Source of the DNA: Halomicronema hongdechloris C2206
Lineage (GTDB): Bacteria; Cyanobacteriota; Cyanobacteriia; Phormidesmidales; Phormidesmidaceae
NCBI RefSeq assembly: GCF_002075285.3
Contig: NZ_CP021983.2
Coordinates: forward strand, 3,810,001 to 3,842,000
Direction: 5' to 3'
Length of the DNA: 32,000 nt
In this document: positions 16,657 through 25,289 of the stretch, in pieces
Layout: each line of letters opens with the position of its first letter
Position numbering within the stretch: the first letter of the stretch is position 1
The notes under the pieces: generated by a model
Database searches by the model: none
What the model saw: only the letters and a program-made list of their open reading frames with translations
Told to the model about the DNA's origin: nothing
Position numbers and translations under genes: made by a program

Positions 16657-18294
16657 CTAGGTGAGGCAGGCTAAGTCTTCAGTCTTCTGGGTAAATAGTA
16701 GGTTCTCCCGGTAGTCCACCGGGCAATCGATCACCGTGGGCACGTTTTGTTCTAACGCTTCTTTTAAGGTTGGCAATAGATCCTCGGTGGACTCTACCCG
16801 ATAACCCTTCAACCCCATGCTGCCAGCTAGCTTGACGAAGTCTGGATTCGTGAAATGGACAAAGGCAGATTCCCCGTAGTGGTTCATTTGCTTCCACTCA
16901 ATCAGGCCATAGCCACCATCGTTGAAGATGAGAGTAACGAAGGCAGCCCCCAGACGGCGAGCCGTCTCCAGTTCCTGGCAATTCATCATAAAGCCGCCAT
17001 CTCCGGTGGCAGCAATCACTTGGCGAGAGGGGTTGACTAACTTGGCGGCTAAGGCTCCCGGAATCGCAATGCCCATGGCAGCAAAGCCATTGGAAATAAT
17101 GCAAGTATTGGGGCGCTGGCAATGATAGTTGCGGGCAATCCACATCTTGTGGGCTCCCACATCAGAAATCAAAATGTCATCGGCCCTCAAGACCTGACGG
17201 AGGTCGTAAATCAGCTTTTGGGGCTTCACCGGAAAGCCATAGTCATCGCTGTATTGAGCGTAGTCTTCCTCAATTTCCTGGCGCAGTTTTGCCGTGCCGG
17301 AGTCTAGCCGTCGCTGGTGGGAGACGCGCTTGAGAATCTCATTCAGAGAATCAGAGATATCCCCCAACACCTCGATGCGAGGAATGTAACTGCTGTCAAT
17401 CTCGGCCTGAGTGGCATTGATGTGCAGAATCGGCAAGTTGCCGTCAGGATTCCACCGTTTAGGGGAGTACTCTACCAGGTCATAGCCTACGGCGATAACC
17501 AAATCGGCCCGCTCCAGGGCACAGCTGATATAGTCTCGCTGCTGCAGGCCAAAGGTCCACAGAGCCAGGGGATGGGTATAGGGAATCACCCCCTTACCCA
17601 TGAAGGTATTGGCCACGGGAATGTTGAGGCGGGTGGCAAATTCCGTTACGGATTCACTGGCTCGGGCCCGAATAGCACCGTTGCCCACCAGGATCACGGG
17701 GTTGGTCGCTTGGGAAATCGCCACCACGGCCTGTTGAATGCTCTGGAGCGAGGCGTAGGTTTTTTCCTGACTGTCTCGATGCAAGGGTTGGCCTACGGCA
17801 TCCATATCGGCAATATTCTCGGGCAGATCGATATGCACTGCCCCTGGCTTTTCCGACTGGGCCAGTTTAAAGGCCTTGCGGACGATCTCTGGAGTGTTGC
17901 TGGGGCGAACGATTTGGGTATTCCATTTGGTCACCGGGGCAAACATGGAGACCAAATCGAGATACTGATGGGACTCGATGTGCATACGGTCAGTGCCTAC
18001 CTGACCGGTAATCGCCACCAATGGAGCCCGATCTAGGTTGGCATCGGCGACACCTGTGATTAGATTAGTTGCCCCCGGTCCCAAGGTAGATAGACACACG
18101 CCCGCCTTGCCAGTCAAGCGCCCATAGACATCCGCCATGAAGGCAGCCCCCTGTTCGTGGCGGGTGGTGATGAACTGAATCGAAGACGTTTTCAGGGCTT
18201 GTAGGACCTGGAGGTTCTCCTCTCCTGGTACACCAAAAATATACTCGACCCCTTCGTTCTCGAGACAGCGTACCAGCAGTTCGGCGGTGTTCAT
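16657..18294 (-). CDS. Thiamine-diphosphate enzyme of the acetolactate-synthase family; probably 2-oxoglutarate decarboxylase of the cyanobacterial TCA bypass
   Basis: MNTAELLVRCLENEGVEYIFGVPGEENL...TRHEQGAAFMADVYGRLTG... and the TPP-binding motif GDGGFMMNCQELETA...NDGGYG are present. The gene lies 35 nt downstream of an SSADH gene, the arrangement reported for Synechococcus PCC 7002 A2770/A2771. I placed the start at ATG 18294. Confidence 0.65.
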   Translation of the reverse strand: MNTAELLVRCLENEGVEYIFGVPGEENLQVLQALKTSSIQFITTRHEQGAAFMADVYGRLTGKAGVCLSTLGPGATNLITGVADANLDRAPLVAITGQVGTDRMHIESHQYLDLVSMFAPVTKWNTQIVRPSNTPEIVRKAFKLAQSEKPGAVHIDLPENIADMDAVGQPLHRDSQEKTYASLQSIQQAVVAISQATNPVILVGNGAIRARASESVTEFATRLNIPVANTFMGKGVIPYTHPLALWTFGLQQRDYISCALERADLVIAVGYDLVEYSPKRWNPDGNLPILHINATQAEIDSSYIPRIEVLGDISDSLNEILKRVSHQRRLDSGTAKLRQEIEEDYAQYSDDYGFPVKPQKLIYDLRQVLRADDILISDVGAHKMWIARNYHCQRPNTCIISNGFAAMGIAIPGALAAKLVNPSRQVIAATGDGGFMMNCQELETARRLGAAFVTLIFNDGGYGLIEWKQMNHYGESAFVHFTNPDFVKLAGSMGLKGYRVESTEDLLPTLKEALEQNVPTVIDCPVDYRENLLFTQKTEDLACLT

Positions 18295-18329
18295 GAATAA
18301 AGTAATCCTATCTGAGCGTCTTGAGCGTC

Positions 18330-19724
18330 TTATCGGATCCAAATAGTCTTTATGTTGACAAACTCTTGGATACCTTGGTGGCTAAGTTCGCGACCATAGC
18401 CCGAATGTTTAATGCCCCCGAAGGGTAGGCGTGGATCAGACTTGACCAGGCCATTAATAAAGACGCAGCCCGCCTCAGTCTCATTGATCAGACGATCCTG
18501 CTCTGAGGGGTCGGTGCTCCAGGCACTCGCTCCCAGTCCCAGTGGAGTACTATTGGCCAAGCGAATGGCAGCGTCTATGTCAGGAACTCGAAATATCAGG
18601 GCCACAGGACCGAAGAATTCTTCCTCATCGGCGGGGGTGCCAGGGGGAATCTGGCTCAGGATGGTGGGGGGATAGAAATAGCCGGACCGTAGCCCCTGGG
18701 GCAAGGTGTCTAGCAGGGCGGCGACATTTCCTCCCATCAGGGCCTTAGCCCCCTGCCGTAGGCAGGCGCTGACCTGCCGGTCGAGATCCTGCACGATGGC
18801 GGGGGTGGCCATGGGACCAATGTCGGTGCTGGTGGCCATGGGATCCCCTACCGTGAGGTCTTTAAAGGCCGTTACCAGCCCCTGTTCGAAGCGATCGGCA
18901 ATGGCCTCGGCCACGATGAAACGTTTGGCGGCAATGCAGGATTGGCCGTTATTAATCAGTCGGGCCTTGGCCCCGGTAGCAATGGCCGCCTCCAGATCGG
19001 CGCTGGCCATGACGATGAAGGGATCACTGCCACCTAACTCCAGCACCGTCTTCTTAATATGACGACCACAGGCCGCGGCTAAACTGGCACCAGCGGGTTC
19101 ACTGCCGGTCAAAGTGGCGGCTTTGATGCGGTCGTCAGCCACCAAGTCAGCGAGCCGGTCCGCGCTAATCAAAAGGGTTTGCAGCGTTCCTTCGGGAAAG
19201 CCTGCCGCCTTGAAGACCGTCTCGATGGCCAGGGCGCATTGGGGCACGTTGGAGGCGTGCTTCAGCAGCCCGACATTGCCGGCCATCAGGGCTGGCGCCG
19301 CAAAGCGAAAGACCTGCCAGAAGGGAAAGTTCCAGGGCATCACCGCTAGAATCACCCCCAAGGGTTGATAGCGCACAAAGCTGCGGCTGGCATCGGTCTG
19401 GGCTGGGATATCGGCCAGGAAGGCGGCGGCATGCTCAGCGTAGTAGCGACACACCCAGGCGCTTTTTTCTACTTCTGCGATCGCACTGGCCAGAGGTTTC
19501 CCCATCTCCAGGGTCATGAGTTCCCCGAAGCGCTGTTTGTTCTCTTCCAGTACCCCAGCGGCAGCGGTCATCCAGGCAGCGCGCTGCTCAAAGGAGGTGC
19601 GACGGTAATGCTCAAAGGTCCGTTGGGCCTGGGCTAACCGATCGGCCACCTCTGCCTGGGTGAGGGCCTGGAAGACTTGCAGTTTGGCCCCCGTAGCCGG
19701 ATTAATACTTGCAATTGCCATCAT
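18330..19724 (-). CDS. gabD: Succinate-semialdehyde dehydrogenase (aldehyde dehydrogenase superfamily)
   Basis: 464 aa with ALDH hallmarks: FPFWQVFR, the catalytic-Glu region VLELGGSDP, the catalytic-Cys region NNGQSCIAAKRF, and the C-terminal EFVNIKTIW. Confidence 0.8.
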   Translation of the reverse strand: MMAIASINPATGAKLQVFQALTQAEVADRLAQAQRTFEHYRRTSFEQRAAWMTAAAGVLEENKQRFGELMTLEMGKPLASAIAEVEKSAWVCRYYAEHAAAFLADIPAQTDASRSFVRYQPLGVILAVMPWNFPFWQVFRFAAPALMAGNVGLLKHASNVPQCALAIETVFKAAGFPEGTLQTLLISADRLADLVADDRIKAATLTGSEPAGASLAAACGRHIKKTVLELGGSDPFIVMASADLEAAIATGAKARLINNGQSCIAAKRFIVAEAIADRFEQGLVTAFKDLTVGDPMATSTDIGPMATPAIVQDLDRQVSACLRQGAKALMGGNVAALLDTLPQGLRSGYFYPPTILSQIPPGTPADEEEFFGPVALIFRVPDIDAAIRLANSTPLGLGASAWSTDPSEQDRLINETEAGCVFINGLVKSDPRLPFGGIKHSGYGRELSHQGIQEFVNIKTIWIR

Positions 19725-19750
19725 CTGACCTCCTTGCGGTCACCTGAAGC

Positions 19751-19791
19751 GGGACTAGCGATCGCACGTCCGTCTGCCATCGCTTAGTCCC
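19751..19791 (-). promoter_or_regulatory. Long imperfect inverted repeat in the SSADH upstream/leader region
   Basis: GGGACTAGCGAT (19751-19762) pairs with ATCGCTTAGTCCC (19779-19791), giving 12 bp with one bulged nucleotide. It lies 27-67 nt upstream of ATG 19724, and the left arm embeds a HIP1 site. Confidence 0.45.
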
Positions 19792-20129
19792 CTTTACAGA
19801 CTGTCTCGGGGACTCGGCTCTTTCAGGTTGGCCAGTGATCCAGCCTTGCTGACGGACCCCCTCACCCTTGATGACAGCCATCCCCTAGCAGCCTGTCTCT
19901 ACTCTGCCAACAGGGACTAGGAGTCCAGGCAAAATTGTATAGATTGTTTATGCTCGCCGCCCCGCACAGCCAGCAAAATCAACAACCTTAGAGTGATTTG
20001 CAAGCCGCCTAAACAGTCGTCAGAGCCAGGTTTTCAGACACACCGCGAACACTCCTGCAAGATCGCTAGAAGCCTTGAGAACACTTGCCTTGACGGCTCT
20101 TTAAGATTTCCTTGGCAAATTAGCTCTTG

Positions 20130-20206
20130 GAGTATTCCATCTGAAAAAAGTGTCTCGATCTAGGCTATGCAGCCAGCCCTTGGACGGGTATTTAGCTGGA
20201 ACACTC
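20130..20206 (+). repeat. MITE-like small repeat, copy 1 (77 bp, with terminal inverted repeats)
   Basis: The termini are GAGTATTCCA (20130-20139) and TGGAACACTC (20197-20206), complementary at 9 of 10 positions. The interior matches the reverse complement of 23930-24029. Confidence 0.6.
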
Positions 20207-20285
20207 TTAAAAAGGTATTAAAAGCAGCGGCCATCCGAGATTCTACGGATACCCTCGTCGTCAAGATACCTCCTAACTGCGTCAC

Positions 20286-20331
20286 CAGCCCCATTTGTCT
20301 AGTGCCCCCGGCACGTTGACGGGTGGGGCTG
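20286..20331 (-). terminator. Nested hairpin immediately 3' of folB (possible terminator; no U-tract)
   Basis: CAGCCCCA (20286-20293) pairs with TGGGGCTG (20324-20331). This outer stem encloses GTGCC-CCC-GGCAC (20302-20314). The folB stop is at 20336. Confidence 0.3.
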
Positions 20332-20335
20332 CTAC

Positions 20336-20731
20336 CTAGGTGTGCGATCGCAAAAAGGTGCGATCGCGAGTCATGTCCACGGCGATGCGACCATCGAAGT
20401 CGGGAATGGGGGCAGCTAGCTTCACCAGTTGTACCCGTACCTGCTGTAGGCGTTCGTCACCGCTGAGGGTAGCCCGTGAGATCGCAGCGGCTAGGGCCTC
20501 CAATAGCGAAAACCGTTGGGTTCTGATCAGGCGTTGTACCTGGTCGATCGCCTGGCAGTAGTTGTAAGTATCGGCCAGCTGATCCGTGTCTGCCGCTAAG
20601 GCCAGATCTAGCCACAGGGTCAGCGACACCTCAAACCATTGTCCCAATACCCGTTCCTCCGGCAAGGCCCCGGTATAGCCGTAGGCGCGAATGCCAGTGA
20701 CCTGAATTGAATCCATTGAACTAGGTGGCAT
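20336..20731 (-). CDS. folB: Dihydroneopterin aldolase
   Basis: IQVTGIRAYGYTGALPEERVLGQWFEVSLTLWLDL...DQLADTYNYCQ...FSLLEALAAAI...KLAAPIPDF matches the FolB pattern. The ATG at 20729-20731 overlaps the TAA of the upstream transporter gene (TAATG). An in-frame ATG at 20716 is an alternative start. Confidence 0.85.
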   Translation of the reverse strand: MPPSSMDSIQVTGIRAYGYTGALPEERVLGQWFEVSLTLWLDLALAADTDQLADTYNYCQAIDQVQRLIRTQRFSLLEALAAAISRATLSGDERLQQVRVQLVKLAAPIPDFDGRIAVDMTRDRTFLRSHT

Positions 20732-22134
20732 TAAGAGTCGGACCGGCGCTCTGCCAGCTTCAGCAAGAGGGTGGTGTGGGCCGTTCGGTTAATTGGGTAA
20801 AAGTAGCACAGCACCATGCCCCCGATCAGCAACAGCATGGGCACAGGGCCCATGAAAAACCGAATCGCCCACAGGGCCGACGGCGGCTGTTGGGCGGCAT
20901 CGGCCACAAAGCCAGACACCTCTAGGGCCACCCCCACCAGAAATAATCCTAGGGCTAAGCCTAGTTTCTGGAGCAGAGTCATGAAGGAATAGAAAATGCC
21001 TTCCCGCCGATACCCGGTTTGCAATTCATCCAATTCGATCACATCCGGCAGCATGGCCCAGGGCACCACATAGGCCGTCGCCACCCCAAAACTGGCCACC
21101 AGACAGAGGCCATACATCACCATGGTTTGCCCTGGCTGTAAGAAGAACAAGGATATCTGCACCAGCAGCCATACCCCAATGCCGATGAAAAACAGGCCCT
21201 GCTTGCCCACTCGCTGGCTGATGCGATTGCAGATAAACATGAAAATCACCGCCGTTCCCTGCACTAACAAGGCCGCCAAAAAATAGGAATCCAGCCCCAT
21301 CCACTCGGTGACATAGAAGGGCAAAATGCTGGCGGTAATCTGCAGGGCCATCCAGGCACAGAGATACAACCCTACCACAAACCAGAAGGCCCGATTGGTC
21401 AACACCACCCGCAATTGCTGAGCAAAGGACATACCTACTACTTCTTGGGTCAGGGCTGGGCGTCGGGCTAACTTCCGTTGGGCATAGCCATAGGTGCCGA
21501 AGATGCACCAGAGCATGGGGGCGATGGAGAACAGGGCACAGATGCCGCCGATGATCCAGTACTGCTGTTGCTCATTGCTGATCACTTGAGTCACCCCCAG
21601 GCCCAAGGCCAGGGCCAGGATGGCACCCCCTACCGAAAAGGCCAGGCGAAAAGAGGTGAGTTCGGTGCGCTCATCGTAGTCCTGGGTCAGCTCCGCCGTC
21701 AGGGTGGTATAGGGCAAGTTGACGACGGTAAAAAAGACCTGAAACAGCACCGACGCCAAGACGTAGTACCAGAACTTAGCACTGTCACTCCCTAAGCCAG
21801 GCACCACCCACATCATAAAGAAGGTGATGCCGAAGGGCAGGGTGCCCACCAGCATCCAGGGATAGCGGCGACCCCAACGGCTGCGGGTGCGATCGCTGAG
21901 CACGCCGACGATGGGATCGTTCACGGCATCCCAGATCTTGCCAATTAACAGTACGGTGCCCGCCGCCAGGGGAGCCAGTCCGGCCACTTCAGTCAGAAAA
22001 ATCAAGAAGGAGAAGGCGATCAGGTTAGAGGTCATGCCCGCTCCCATGTCCCCGGCCCCGAAGGCTAACTTGGTGGCCAGGGTCAGTTTCAAGGGAGGCG
22101 AGGTCTGGGGAGAGGGATCAACCACAGCAGGCAC
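20731..22134 (-). CDS. MFS transporter of the glycoside-pentoside-hexuronide (GPH) cation-symporter type
   Basis: 467 aa with about 12 hydrophobic segments. The N-terminal signature is KLAFGAGDMGAGMTSNLIAFSFLIFLTEVAGL...GKIWDAVNDPIVGVLSDRTRSRWGRRYPWM. Confidence 0.8.
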   Translation of the reverse strand: MPAVVDPSPQTSPPLKLTLATKLAFGAGDMGAGMTSNLIAFSFLIFLTEVAGLAPLAAGTVLLIGKIWDAVNDPIVGVLSDRTRSRWGRRYPWMLVGTLPFGITFFMMWVVPGLGSDSAKFWYYVLASVLFQVFFTVVNLPYTTLTAELTQDYDERTELTSFRLAFSVGGAILALALGLGVTQVISNEQQQYWIIGGICALFSIAPMLWCIFGTYGYAQRKLARRPALTQEVVGMSFAQQLRVVLTNRAFWFVVGLYLCAWMALQITASILPFYVTEWMGLDSYFLAALLVQGTAVIFMFICNRISQRVGKQGLFFIGIGVWLLVQISLFFLQPGQTMVMYGLCLVASFGVATAYVVPWAMLPDVIELDELQTGYRREGIFYSFMTLLQKLGLALGLFLVGVALEVSGFVADAAQQPPSALWAIRFFMGPVPMLLLIGGMVLCYFYPINRTAHTTLLLKLAERRSDS

Positions 22135-22237
22135 CTAACAACGGCAATGGGAACTCGGGATTGGTTTATCGTGATCGGTACAAGATAAATCCTCAGTGTA
22201 TTATTGCCCCATTCGTTACCCTCACAGCTTGGTCGAT

Positions 22238-22768
22238 ATGCCTGATCTTCATGTGTCCTGGTCTGATTATTATCGTCTGATTGAGCGCTTAGCCCTGCAG
22301 GTATATGAGTCTGACTGGCAATTCAATCAGATTGTCTGCTTGGCTAAGGGAGGGCTGCGCATTGGCGACATCTTCTGCCGCCTGTTCGATCAACCCCTGG
22401 CCATCTTGTCGGTGTCGTCCTATGGCGGGCTCAATAACCAAACCCGGGGAGCCCTGACGTTTTCTCGGGATCTGACCATGACTACGGCTAATCTGGGCAA
22501 TCAGGTATTGCTGGTGGATGACCTGGTGGACTCGGGCCACAGCCTGGCTCGCTCTGTCGACTGGTTGCAGCATCAGTATGGGTTCTACATTGATGACATT
22601 CGCACGGCGGTGCTCTGGTATAAGGGCTGTTCCATGGTGCAGCCCGATTACTACGTCGACTATCTGCCGGACAATCCTTGGATTCACCAGCCCTTCGAGC
22701 ACTATGAACAGATGGACCTGCCTGCCCTGATGCGATCGCATCAGACCGCCTCGTCCTCGAGATTGTGA
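22238..22768 (+). CDS. Phosphoribosyltransferase (purine PRT/Gpt-like)
   Basis: The PRPP-binding loop VLLVDDLVDSGHSL is present, and the size (~176 aa from ATG 22238) fits. The track start at 22196 is a GTG. Confidence 0.7.
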   Translation: MPDLHVSWSDYYRLIERLALQVYESDWQFNQIVCLAKGGLRIGDIFCRLFDQPLAILSVSSYGGLNNQTRGALTFSRDLTMTTANLGNQVLLVDDLVDSGHSLARSVDWLQHQYGFYIDDIRTAVLWYKGCSMVQPDYYVDYLPDNPWIHQPFEHYEQMDLPALMRSHQTASSSRL

Positions 22769-22963
22769 CTTGGCTCAATCCCCGGGGCTATTTCCCTCAC
22801 CGTGCCGACCCTCAACTCTCGCTATACTGCAAGACAAGTGGCCGTCGCCCAGTGCTAAGGCTTTTCTCCCCTGAGCCAGCCATGGTCACCGCAGATGTGA
22901 TCGTTTTTTTGCAACAGTCCTCTGGGTCTAGACAGGGACACGGTTTATCAAGGCTCACCGAGC

Positions 22964-23812
22964 ATGTTCAACAGCACCGAAATCCTGATCGCCGACTTCG
23001 TAACCAAGCTTAGGGCCGGCTACCACCGCACCTACGGTGGTCTTAAGCCCGACTACGAAGACATTATCGCCTGGGCCGGCAGCATGGCCCTGGAGAACAT
23101 CGCCAACAGCGACGCCCTTTACCACAACGTCGAGCACACGATTTTGGTCACCCTAGTGGGGCAAGAGGTGCTGCGGGGCAAACACATTCGGGAAGGAGGC
23201 GTCACCTGCGAGGACTGGCTGCACTTCATCATTTCCCTGGTCTGCCACGACATCGGCTACGTCAAAGGGGTGTGCCGGGCCGACCGCGATAGGGACCACC
23301 TCTACGCCACCGGCAACGGTGATGAGATGGTATCGCTGCTACCCGGGGCCACCGACGCCTCCCTCACCCCCTACCATGTGGATCGGGGCAAACTGTTCAT
23401 CGCCGAGCGCTTCGGCGGCAACCGCATCATCGACTCCGAGATCATCAAGCGCAACATCGAACTCACCCGCTTTCCGGTACCAAAAGAAGAAGATCACCAG
23501 GATACGGTCCACTATCCCGGGCTGGTGCGGGCAGCCGATCTGATTGGCCAGCTGAGTGATCCTCGCTATCTGAAGAAAATCAGCGCTCTTTTCTACGAAT
23601 TCGAGGAAACGGGGCAAAATCAATACCTCAGCTACCATCACCCCGGCGATCTGCGGCGCAACTATCCCAAGTTCTATTGGAATGTGGTGCATCCCTATAT
23701 TCAGGATGCGCTGCGCTATCTCTCCCTCACCCAGGAGGGCAAGCAAATCATTGCCAACCTCTACTCGAATGTGTTTATGGTGGAAAACGAAAATAGCGTA
23801 ATTCCGACTTAG
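22964..23812 (+). CDS. HD-domain metal-dependent phosphohydrolase
   Basis: 282 aa with YHNVEHT...LVCHDIGY (H...HD motif) and the downstream conserved AADLIGQLSDPRY. Confidence 0.75.
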   Translation: MFNSTEILIADFVTKLRAGYHRTYGGLKPDYEDIIAWAGSMALENIANSDALYHNVEHTILVTLVGQEVLRGKHIREGGVTCEDWLHFIISLVCHDIGYVKGVCRADRDRDHLYATGNGDEMVSLLPGATDASLTPYHVDRGKLFIAERFGGNRIIDSEIIKRNIELTRFPVPKEEDHQDTVHYPGLVRAADLIGQLSDPRYLKKISALFYEFEETGQNQYLSYHHPGDLRRNYPKFYWNVVHPYIQDALRYLSLTQEGKQIIANLYSNVFMVENENSVIPT

Positions 23813-23929
23813 AGGATATTTGGAAAGTACCCTGCAGCCTTGCTCCAGACTGGATTCTGGCCACCAGAGCCATACGCTCTAAAACGCTTACCCTGCAGGG
23901 CTTTCAGCCGATTTTCAAATGTCCTCTTA

Positions 23930-24029
23930 GAGTGTTCCAGCCAAATACCCGTCTGAGGGCTGGCTGCATAGCCTAGACAGGCTGAGTTCAATAGCCTAGA
24001 TTCAGAATACTTTTTTAGATGGAATACTC
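23930..24029 (-). repeat. MITE-like small repeat, copy 2 (100 bp, inverted relative to copy 1, with an internal duplication)
   Basis: The termini are GAGTGTTCCA (23930-23939) and TGGAATACTC (24020-24029). The reverse complement aligns with 20130-20206, except that the TCTAGGCTAT block is duplicated with a 13-nt filler. Confidence 0.6.
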
Positions 24030-24091
24030 TTAACAGTGTTCACGGAATCCGCCCAAATTCATTTAACTCATCCAACTTCACGACGACGGCT

Positions 24092-25228
24092 ATGACCTGG
24101 TGGCAGAAGCTGACCCAAAACTCCCTAGCAAGGGTGGGGCTTGTGATTTTAACGGTGTTTTACGCCGTCGTGATTTTTGCCGATGTCGTGGCCCCCTATG
24201 ACCCCTATGTCAACGAGCCCAATGGGTCATTGCTGCCGCCCACCGAGATCTACTGGCGGCAGCAACTCACAGGCGAGTGGATCGGTCCCCACGTCTATCC
24301 CACCACCCAAGGTCCCGTGGATATCGATACGGGGGAACGCAACGTCACCGTAGACTATTCAGAACCCTCCCCGATTCGCCTCTGGGTAGCCGGGAAAGAC
24401 TATCACCTGTTTCGGTTGGTACTGCCGCTGCCCACCCGTTGGTCCCTGAGCCAGCCTCGGTTTCAAGAGACAGTACTGTGGCCTGGCATTGCCGGCAACC
24501 GTCACCTGTTTGGCACCGTCGGCCCTGGCAAGCTGCACCTGTTGGGGACTGACGAACAAGCTCGGGATCAGTTTAGCCGTCTGATCTTTGGCGGTCGTAT
24601 CAGCCTCAGTGTCGGGGTGATTGGGATCATTTTGAGCTTTCCCCTAGGGCTCTTAGTGGGGGGGCTCTCAGGCTATTTCGGCGGCGCTGTGGATGCGATC
24701 TTGATGCGGCTGGTGGAAATGATCATGACCATCCCCGACATCTATTTATTGGTGGCTTTAGCGGCAGTGCTGCCCCCCACCCTCAGTAGCGGCCAACGAT
24801 TTCTGCTGATCATCTTGATTACCTCCTTCGTGCGTTGGACCGGATTAGCGCGGGTGATTCGGGGGCAGGTGCTCTCGATTAAGGAGCAGGAATTTGTCCA
24901 GGCGGCGCGGGCCATGGGCGGGCGCTCGCTGTACATCATCACCCGGCATGTATTGCCCCAAACCGCGACCTACGCCATCATCGCTGCTACTCTGGCGATT
25001 CCAAGCTTTATTGTGGCCGAGGCCATCTTGAGCTTGATTGGTCTGGGGATTCAGCAGCCCGACCCCTCTTGGGGCAATATGCTCTCCAATGCCACCAATG
25101 CCTCGATTCTGGTGTTGCAGCCCTGGTTGATCTGGCCACCGGCCCTGTTAATCGTGGTGACGGTGCTGTGCTTTAACCTGTTGGGGGATGGCCTGCGGGA
25201 TGCCCTGGATCCCCGCACTCTGAAATAA
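24092..25228 (+). CDS. ABC transporter permease, oligopeptide/dipeptide OppC/DppC type
   Basis: 378 aa. There is an N-terminal TM segment, then a long periplasmic loop. The BPD-transport domain carries an EAA-like loop (KEQEFVQAARAMGGRSLYIITRHVLP) and ends LLGDGLRDALDPR. Confidence 0.85.
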   Translation: MTWWQKLTQNSLARVGLVILTVFYAVVIFADVVAPYDPYVNEPNGSLLPPTEIYWRQQLTGEWIGPHVYPTTQGPVDIDTGERNVTVDYSEPSPIRLWVAGKDYHLFRLVLPLPTRWSLSQPRFQETVLWPGIAGNRHLFGTVGPGKLHLLGTDEQARDQFSRLIFGGRISLSVGVIGIILSFPLGLLVGGLSGYFGGAVDAILMRLVEMIMTIPDIYLLVALAAVLPPTLSSGQRFLLIILITSFVRWTGLARVIRGQVLSIKEQEFVQAARAMGGRSLYIITRHVLPQTATYAIIAATLAIPSFIVAEAILSLIGLGIQQPDPSWGNMLSNATNASILVLQPWLIWPPALLIVVTVLCFNLLGDGLRDALDPRTLK

Positions 25229-25289
25229 TCTCTAGCCAGTGCCCTGGAGTCGGTGGTAGGCTCAGGAGCGTATTCGAGGGATATCCAGG

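Noticed and set aside
22884-22910. Intrinsic terminator after the phosphoribosyltransferase gene (GGTCAC-N7-GTGATC followed by T7)
   Set aside because: The stem is only 6 bp with a G-U pair, and it lies 115 nt past the stop codon. The T-run is suggestive, but the evidence is too weak to list as a feature.
22765-23013. 82-aa ORF between the phosphoribosyltransferase and HD genes; likewise the 86-aa ORF at 26466-26726
   Set aside because: The first has a GTG start overlapping the upstream stop and runs into the well-supported HD gene start. The second lies in a promoter/leader region. Neither has recognisable motifs or an RBS.
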